Source: Asterionella formosa
Taxonomy: Eukaryota
Length of the DNA stretch: 41,944 nucleotides
Direction of reading: 5' to 3'
Assembly (NCBI GenBank): GCA_002256025.1
Contig: NKIB01014630.1
Span: forward strand, 1-41,944
The first letter of the stretch is position 1. The number at the start of each line of letters is the position of its first letter. Shown here one piece after another: positions 33,920 through 41,944 of this stretch. The notes beneath the pieces are model-generated. The model had not been told where the DNA came from and did no database searches. It saw nothing but the letters and a program-made list of their open reading frames with translations. Both the position numbers and the translations under genes were made by a program.

Positions 33920-34645
33920 GACAGTTAGAGCCAGAATGCACAGCTACCAAAGATGATCACACCGAAATAAAGAGGCTCTTTCAATGTGTCACTGCTGCAC
34001 GGGACGTCTCGTGGTCTGGAGACTTCATAGACGCTGTGTATTTTTATTCTCGAGTCATCAATACTAATTTCGTGATAATATCGACATCTACATTTTACCT
34101 TTAATTACATAATGAAAGAGCGAAAGCCCAGCTGGTCTCAAAAACTACGAGGAGGCACTAGATGACACAGCTCTGGCCTTGGCTTCGAAAGGAGACTACC
34201 ATGCTGCAATGGTAACGAGAGTAAAAACGTACCAAGCAATGAACCGATATATAGAACTACGAACTGAGTTGAAGCCAATCATGCAGACTTGGGGAGCCGA
34301 CATTGATTTCTTCGAGCGTGCATACGCAGATGCTAAGATGAAGCAAAAAGATGACTCCCAGAAAAGCGTGTCACTCGAGAATTTTTCCCCGGAAATTACT
34401 ATGATATTCTCGGCGTCCCTAAATCTGATACCAAAGAGGAAGTCCATAAGCAGTATTTGAAATTATCTAGTGAATACCACCCTGATTGACTCGCTACGAA
34501 ACCAGCGAAGGCACGGAAAGAGGCCTAAGACCGATTAAAACAAATTGTCGAGTGTATGGAGGTTCTGTGTGATGATTACCATCGCAGCTTCTACGATCAA
34601 GGAGTTACGATGCAATCAATTCAGCGGAAAGGAACAGCACCCTAG
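33920..34645 (+). pseudogene. Decayed TPR + DnaJ-domain (DNAJC7-like) co-chaperone
   Basis: TPR-like AKAQLVSKNYEEALDDTALAL..., then a frameshift near 34392 into NYYDILGVPKSDTKEEVHKQYLKLSSEYHPD*. TGA at 34487 and TAA at 34526 interrupt the frame, which continues DRLKQIVECMEVLCDDYHRSFYDQG to TAG at 34643. The 5' boundary is approximate. Confidence 0.8.
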
Positions 34646-34959
34646 ATGTAGTCTGGCAGGAGGGAAATTTTAGGAAATGCAGGAAATTATCATAGTATGC
34701 GTCAATGAGTTGCGGCCCGAGAAATGTGTTCAAGGATAATTCTAATACTTAATGGATCGGTGCCGTCGCTATTGTCAAAACATGAGCAATACGGTGTCTC
34801 TATACAATCAATTCGACCCTGAAACGATTGATCAACACTATATCTAGAGCAGTAGACTTCATATTTTATGTCACTCATGTCCTTTTTTGAAATGATAGAA
34901 ATGTTTGACTTCGTGTATCGGAAATGAGGATTGAGAATTTCTTAATAATCAAAATCCTG

Positions 34960-37627
34960 TTAGTTGACTGGGATCCCTCTCACAAGAGCGACGCGCTGCT
35001 CAATTGAAAGAACAGCTCCTTCAAACGGAATGTTTCTGTCCCGTGAGCGGATTTGTGCCTGCAAATCTTCACAATCCATAACCGCCAATTCTGCGACATG
35101 ACTAACTAGAGGATGCGGGTGTCCAGAAACGCCGAGAGCAGCCAAGACATTTACAAGATAATTTAGATCAACCGACAAATGCTCACAACCCTTTGGAGTC
35201 AACTTCGGAATACGTAATATTTTCTCCAAAAGGAAGCCCGTCACAGCCAATCCTACCACATCCAGCCACTTGTTGCAAAATGAGGCACTAGCCTTGGTTG
35301 CTGCATCCATGTCTTCATCGTCGTCCTCCTCCATGTCCAACTCACCAGAATCTTCAAAACCAGAACTAACATATTTCATCAACTCTTTGCCATTCATTAA
35401 GGTTGGTACAACAGAATCAGTAACTCCAGTTGCTGTAGCAACTTCTCGCCATGCTTGCTTTGCAACAGCCTGAACACCACCCATGACTTCATCCGCTAAA
35501 GCCAATGAAACTGGGTCGGATGCAAAAGGTTCCAGTGCTTGAACCAATGCCAACATGTGCTCACCCACAAGGGTGATGTATGACTGAGGCAAAGTTCCAT
35601 ATGAGTCATATGCATTGGTGTCAGAGGCTTCCGTCCAGCATGGCATGTTCGAAACATTAGCCAATCGCTTGCGAGGAACTGCGCAGCAAACGTCAAAAAC
35701 AAAAGCATGACAACTGCTGGCCAATCCGGCCACAGCGTCCTTGGATTCAGGATACACGACAGCCATGGACGAATCCTTGGAACCCAATCTTTGCAACAAT
35801 TGAGCATTTCCTTCATCATCCAGGCCTGATAAGACAGCTTTGGTTATAAATGAATCGATTTCAACAACAGAGAGCGAGTCAGGAAGCATGAAAGACTTTG
35901 CAGAGGACTCAAGAAAAGCATTTTCTTGTGAAGCAAATGACACCATACGCTCCCTTAGCATAGTCATCTGCTCTCTGGACTTGATTTCAATGTCGGCCAA
36001 ACAGCGTTGAAATATGCCTGCCACCTTTAAAACTTCCAATGCACACAAGACATGCTGATCATCGAAAGTGTCGGCAAATGAATGCGAGTCTGAAGTCATC
36101 GCAGCGGACAAAGTACGAATAGCGATTGATAATTCACCTGCATGGCTTTTCATCAATCCATCGATCGCTTGCAAATTCTCTGCTGTGCGATATCCACCAG
36201 TCATAAGCTCAAAACGCCCAACTGCGGCTTCTGCCAAGGGGAAAATAAATGGCGCCAACCCTTTGAGCTTCTCCGTCGCGTCTTGCAAGATACCAATTGA
36301 ATTGCTTACGCCACCGACCGCTTGCTGAATATCTTTGGCAACCATTTGTTGAGAAATTGCAGAATGCTTCTTTTCTAACTTGGCGAGGTTCGTTTGATAG
36401 ACAGAAAATGGTTGAGCAATCAATAGAAAAGCACTCGTGACATTTGCGTATACAGTTGACCCATTGGTGGACGTCACATCAGCAACATCATGCCATCCAC
36501 CTGCAACAACTTCATAAACCATGGCCAAAAACTGAAGGGTGGATTCGTAGAGATGGCAAATAGATTCCAAGGAACCTCCCGTCATGCTAATTCCTTCTTT
36601 TGAGTAAACAGACTCGATGCGTGCTTGAAATGATGACATAATTGGGCGAAAGCATTCCCCGAGTACCTGCGTGAAAATAAAAGGTGTAAGGATAATAGTA
36701 TAACGGACGGAAATCCGTGGTATAAACGCTAGCATTGCGTACCTTGGCAGTCATATCTGGACCTAAGTCAGCCCCGAAGACAGCCAACGACTGTCTCCTC
36801 TCTTCCGTAACTAAGTTCAGGACGAGTTCGTACCAGCTTGGTAACCAAAGCTCCAAGGTATCTCCGGATGCAGGATCATATTGAAACCACTGCTTGTGAA
36901 TAATTTGAGGTCGGTTGGAAATGTATTCTTGTTGCAAGAGTTCCATCTTGTCCAGTGCACTATACAACGTAACACATTGTTGGAGAGGCGCCAAACGAGT
37001 ATTCATATTTTGCAATGCGTGCTTAAGTTGCGGTGTGAGCATAACCTGGACTTGAGACCTAGTCGTTGCAATCGCTTCTTCTCGCTCTGCTCGACCCGAT
37101 GGCATGCCCCGAAGAGCACGTTCCCCAGATTCCAATAAAGCGAGTGCTTTAACTGCTTCCGTCAAATTCTGTGCCGCCAGCAAGGGAGGAATGCTATTTA
37201 AGCTCGTGTCCCACGTTGCAGCTGCCTTCACAATGTCCTTGGTATGTCCCAAATTGCTTCGCAGGGCGTGCAATGTCGAGAGCGTTTCGAGCGAATTTGA
37301 GACTTCTGCATTTTGCAGCAAGGCAGACTCCTCTAGCAATTGATGAGCGTCCATGCGCATCCCTTCCAACCCTACCCCCACACGCCCTACGTCAGCTGCG
37401 CATCTAGGCAGAATCGCTTGCAGTTCCGCTCCAATCCGACCAATGTCTTCGTGACAAGACTGCGTTTGGATCTGAAGTTGTAAGGCAAGTTCTGCCATTC
37501 GTCGCTGCAGATCTTCGGGGTTGTCTTGGCCCTCTAACGCTGCATTGATATATGAAGCAACGGAAAAGGACGAAGAACTCAAAAGAGACGAGAGGCGTTC
37601 TTCGAGAGCGGCAGATGTTGTCGTCAT
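34960..37627 (-). CDS. COG7: Conserved oligomeric Golgi complex subunit 7; 2 exons
   Basis: Exons 37627-36743 and 36666-34960; intron 36742-36667 (GTACGC..CAG) is in frame. N-terminal FSVASYINAAL..LALQLQ, and C-terminal LPQSYITLVGEHMLALVQALEPF and HLSVDLNYLVNVLAALG, match recalled COG7 motifs. Confidence 0.88.
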
Positions 37628-39048
37628 GATGGTTCAGGTACTAAGGTGGTGCACTGTAATAAAAATAAATAATTTGGACAACAATTATTATGATACCACA
37701 AGCTTCTCATGGCAGTTGTATTACGGGTATATTGTACTTGCTTTAATCGTTTGTACTTTGTGGTATGGTACGTATGTACGGTATGCATTCGCTATTCCTA
37801 CCGGTAGAAATAAGAGGTTTTGTCTTTCGCTTTGCTCCAGTGCGTTCATGAGTGTTTTGATAATTGATGCACATTTGCATATTGTTGGAAAGTGTGAGAG
37901 CAAGGCAAACAACCCTTTAGTATGTGGTGGTATCGATTATCTCAGCATACCATGTTCGGACTGTTGAGAAGAATATTTGATTCTTACAATGAATGAATAT
38001 TCTCTAGAGATATTTAATTATAATTTGGGTGGTTATAAATATCTGTAATGAGGCAAAGACATCCAGAATGAGGGTAAGGTATGATGTGCACATGGAAGGA
38101 GTTGTTCACTATCATGGCAGGAATAATCTACATGAATTATCTGGTTCTGAAATATTGCAAGGAAAAGTGGGCGGGAGTTGGATCGAACAAGGGAATCAAT
38201 TTGGGCAAACTAGATAATAGACTCACAATACACAGATAGGGATAAACTATTCCTAATGTTTTGTCTGATCACCAGCAGCAAACTAGCTATTGAAGTATAC
38301 AACAGTACTAATATACTACATCCAATCAGCAATGGCAGGAACACTATCTTAGACATTGATGGCTCATCCAAAGGCTACCAATGTATCTGTGATATATTCC
38401 TAATGGAGGACGATAGAGATCAAGATTACAACAATGAATTGTTTTGCATGGCATATGATCATTCGATTGTCATTTCGAAGCAATATTTCTTACTGCATGC
38501 AGCTGAAGTAGCTAGAGTCATTGCCAAGCCCAGCTTATGAGCATATCAATCTTGTTCTTGGCAAAATTAGGCAACAAGTACGATTCATGTAGTGGTCATA
38601 ACATTGGGCATAGCATTGATTGAGCACTGCACCTTCAAGCTGACATCCACACAAGCTATTCTCGCAGGTTCTTGATGATGTGCGTACTGTCGTCATTCCA
38701 ACATTCGCAGGTACATGGTGTGGTTATCATCCCCACCTTCTTTAGGAGCTGAGTTGTTGATCATGTACAATGCCATGAAGAACACAGTTGTTGAAAAATT
38801 AAAATGACAAAGTGATGACACACATCAACAAATGGACTGTGGGAACAAGGTCAATACTCAGGGAGACAGTCAGGATCTGCTTTTCCAGGAAGTCCATTCA
38901 TGATAAAGCATTTGGAATAAATTGTAAAAAGATAATTATCATACCACAAACAATGCCAGGTACCTGTGATATAAGGTGTACATGTATAACAATAGTAATG
39001 GCTAGCATAGCAAATTTCCTATAGACAGTAAAAAAATTACAATGATGC

Positions 39049-40932
39049 TTATTCTGAGCGTCGCAATGGAGTACTCACCGCTTCAGTGGAAGAGGCCAAA
39101 TCTCCCCACGACACTGGGTCAACATCTCGTCGATCTATGGTAACCCGTTCGCGTTCAATTTTTTGCTCAATGATATCACCAACCAAACTGGCAACTCCCG
39201 CACTCGCCATCAATGGCAAAATTACATCATAATCTCGGGTCAGCTCAAACAAGAGTAGGCTGGCAGTAAGTGGAGCTCGAAAGAGTGCTGCAAGGGTGCT
39301 GGCAGCACCTACCATAGCATAGGCGGGCACATCAGCAAGCTCCAATACCGTTCCACCCAAAACGGCAGGAACAATTCGACTGTCCATTGCATGCATCAAT
39401 ACCCACGAGGCTATATTGTGAAAGGATGCCCCTGTCATGGCTCCCAAAAATAGGGATGGAGCGAAAGTTCCTCCTACCAATCCACTTCCTGCGACCAATG
39501 CTGTTGACAAGATCTTGACAATCAAGAGAGTCAAAAGCAGTGTTGTTGGAAGCGAGCTGTTGGCCAAGAGTGAATTTAGGGTTTCATATCCGAAAAATAG
39601 AACCTGTGGAAAGGCGATCCCAATCAATCCACAAAGTAGACCACCAATGACTGGCTTGATGGAGTTGGGCAGAGCTGAAAAGGTTGCACGAATTGGACCA
39701 GGGCCTACTTCGCCATCAAATAAACTCTTAGCCCATTTGGCAGTTTGCGAGAACACAGCAGCAACCACTCCAGATGTTGCACCCAATAGAAGATAGAGTG
39801 GCATCTCCACCAGAGGTGCCTTCAGAGTGTAATCCGACAATTCCAGAACAAGGTGATTTCCAAGCAGTGCCCTAGACACTAAAGCCGACAGCACAGATGC
39901 CAATAGAATTGCCGAGATATTGCCTGGTGACGTAGTAAATTGTTCAGGATCAATACGGTCTTCCCTCCTGGCACTATCGGCAAGACTAACAAAGGTACCC
40001 TGCATAATTTCCAAGGCACAGAAAACTCCTGCAATCGGTGCATTGAACCCAGCCGAGACACCAGCAGCTGCACCACACGAGAGTAAAAGTCTATTACGTT
40101 TAATGCGTCGAAGAATCGCACCCCTGGAGTTGGTATTGGACTCAACTGATCCAGTTTCCATGGGGAGAAACGTCATGCAAGTTTGACTCATGGCCATTCC
40201 AACCTCAACTGCAGGACCCTCGGGCCCAAGACTGTTACCAGTTCCCAGTGTGAAAATAGCAGCTGCAGTTTTTCGAAGGAACTGGAGTCCCTTTCGACCC
40301 CCTGACATTATCTGATTCCCTTCAGTATATATAGCTTCTCTGGACCGTTCGTCAACTTCCTTAACAGTCCCTCTGAGACCTGGTGGAAAGGCCCCACACA
40401 ATCGCAAGGTACCAACGACAACGCCACCCAGAGCTGGAATCAACGGCAGGAGTAAAGTTGAAGAGGAAAGTACTGATCCATACGATAGCTGTCGAACAGC
40501 ATCAATTGCAAGCTTAAAGGCACCTACGCTCAAACCAGACGTCACGCCAATAATTCCGGCCTGGGTCAGCACGTATGACTCCGATCCGAATCTGGGAATC
40601 TGTTCGTTGTCTTCCTCATCATCGACAAGGATTTGGTCCGATTCGTAGTTTTCCTCATCATGAAAAGAATCGTGAAGAATGTCTCCGTTGCCAATCATCG
40701 CTGTGACTTCATTCTCATCCTGGGATGGCGACGACGACATCCGTCGCGTTACCATCGCCCGTGATGGATCTGAGATTGGGCCAAGTTCGATTCCTTGACC
40801 ACCGCCACCCTGTTGCCGAACTGAGCTATACATACTAGGGGGCGATGCTATCGGAGCGAAGGACATAGTTTGACGAGAGTTCGAAAGGGCTAGGAATAAG
40901 ATCCACAACACAGTCATTCTTCTCTTTCTCAT
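39049..40932 (-). CDS. CLC chloride channel/transporter, CLC-e/f (prokaryote-like) type, probably plastid-targeted
   Basis: GNSLGPEGP, GAAAGVSAGFNAPIAG, GSGLVGGTFAPSLFLGA and RAPLTASLLLFELTRDY. Signal peptide plus TMS-FAP followed by a Ser-rich transit-like region. Intronless. Confidence 0.93.
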   Translation of the reverse strand: MRKRRMTVLWILFLALSNSRQTMSFAPIASPPSMYSSVRQQGGGGQGIELGPISDPSRAMVTRRMSSSPSQDENEVTAMIGNGDILHDSFHDEENYESDQILVDDEEDNEQIPRFGSESYVLTQAGIIGVTSGLSVGAFKLAIDAVRQLSYGSVLSSSTLLLPLIPALGGVVVGTLRLCGAFPPGLRGTVKEVDERSREAIYTEGNQIMSGGRKGLQFLRKTAAAIFTLGTGNSLGPEGPAVEVGMAMSQTCMTFLPMETGSVESNTNSRGAILRRIKRNRLLLSCGAAAGVSAGFNAPIAGVFCALEIMQGTFVSLADSARREDRIDPEQFTTSPGNISAILLASVLSALVSRALLGNHLVLELSDYTLKAPLVEMPLYLLLGATSGVVAAVFSQTAKWAKSLFDGEVGPGPIRATFSALPNSIKPVIGGLLCGLIGIAFPQVLFFGYETLNSLLANSSLPTTLLLTLLIVKILSTALVAGSGLVGGTFAPSLFLGAMTGASFHNIASWVLMHAMDSRIVPAVLGGTVLELADVPAYAMVGAASTLAALFRAPLTASLLLFELTRDYDVILPLMASAGVASLVGDIIEQKIERERVTIDRRDVDPVSWGDLASSTEAVSTPLRRSE

Positions 40933-41049
40933 AATATACGGTATAAAAAAATTATATACCAGTGGTTGCATTCACAACTTCATTATGATTGTTGGATGTT
41001 CCTTCTTTGCTTTTGAAATATTTATGTTTTTTAATATTTTATACATGTC

Positions 41050-41160
41050 CTACCAGGTACCCTGGTACCTGGTACCAGGTAGCAGGTCTGCAGCTTGTTT
41101 GTGGATGTGTTTTGATTTATTTTACCACCTGGGACCCTGGTACCAGGTACCTGGTACCTA
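41050..41160. repeat. (CCAGGTA/TACCTGG)n array upstream of the CLC gene
   Basis: TACCAGGTACCCTGGTACCTGGTACCAGGTA, followed by CCTGGTACCAGGTACCTGGTACC. Confidence 0.85.
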
Positions 41161-41944
41161 TGACGCTTGGACGATGCAACTGTTTGCTGACGCATCCGAT
41201 GATGTCATAATTCTTGACCAAAATTCATATAAGCGATGTGGTTGGCTTATTTTAATATCCAGTACGATCAAGTAGTTGAACCTACACAAATTAATTCCAT
41301 TGTAGGATTAGGTACAAACGGTACTCACTATAGGAATTAATTAAATGCCATAAATAACATTACATACCATCACGAGCACCAAAAAATAGAAATTCTATGC
41401 ATTGATCATAGCAACCATTTGAACCTACACCAATATATCTTTGAATATTTGTGTTTTAGACCATGAAGAAAATGGTAGTTTAGTTGGTTTGCTCATAATG
41501 TTTGGTGATCAAAAAAGGGCCAGTGTCTTGTACTCCCCTCTAAGTAAAATCAATAGCAGCTGTTGTTATAAATCGCAAGTCTGTCCTTCTCATCTATCTT
41601 TTTGTCTGACGCATGAAGTATTGTGTACTCGTGTGACTCGTTATTCTAGTCCGGATAAACTACCGGTAATCTAATCACTCTTTTAACATACCCCCTTCCA
41701 AACTCTCTTTGAGCTTGTCAGGTTCGTTAATCGACTCACACAACTCTCCTCGTCCTCGTTCGTCCTCGTCGTCCTTCTCCATCGTTCCCTCTTTCACTAC
41801 AGGTTATAAGCCCAAGTTGTTTCCTTGAAAGAAACGAAATTGTTGATTGTTGATTCGATCTCACCATCGGCGCCGACCACAAACTCTCATTCGCATTCGA
41901 TTGCTTTCACATCGTTCATTTGTCTTCTACATCTGTCTAGCTGT

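Noticed and set aside
38200..38800. Second transposase remnant on the minus strand
   Set aside because: Coding-like composition, but no convincing catalytic motif or termini could be read.
3137..40932. Functional cluster of plastid-related genes (cbbX, recN, sigma, CLC)
   Set aside because: The genes are separated by TE DNA and unrelated genes, and plastid-targeted genes are common in diatoms. Synteny evidence would be needed.
41700..41944. Gene start at the right edge
   Set aside because: The pyrimidine-rich tract looks like a 5' UTR, but no coding sequence lies within the window.

Overview
Eukaryotic nuclear DNA, very probably from a diatom (inferred from short GT-AG introns, bipartite signal plus 'F' plastid presequences, and nuclear cbbX and sigma70 genes). 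There are eight intact-looking genes: cbbX, a fibrillin/lipocalin-like hypothetical protein, RecN-like ATPase, Gfo/Idh/MocA oxidoreductase, SAM carrier, plastid sigma factor, COG7 and a CLC-e/f-type chloride channel. There is also a TPR + J-domain pseudogene. The AT-rich intergenic DNA is a mosaic of decayed mobile elements: a PIF/Harbinger transposon with TIRs, a related MITE, a CACTA-like non-autonomous element, a Ty1/copia remnant with a half-tRNA primer-binding site, and a region with tandem repeats and a long hairpin. The most notable signal is two families of tRNA-headed SINE-like retroelements (five copies). Two copies have 14-17 bp target-site duplications, and one family keeps an RNA stem through compensatory base changes. 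Also notable are (CCAGGTA)n arrays upstream of four genes and clustered TGACGT motifs upstream of cbbX. Everything was read by eye; no database searches were run.
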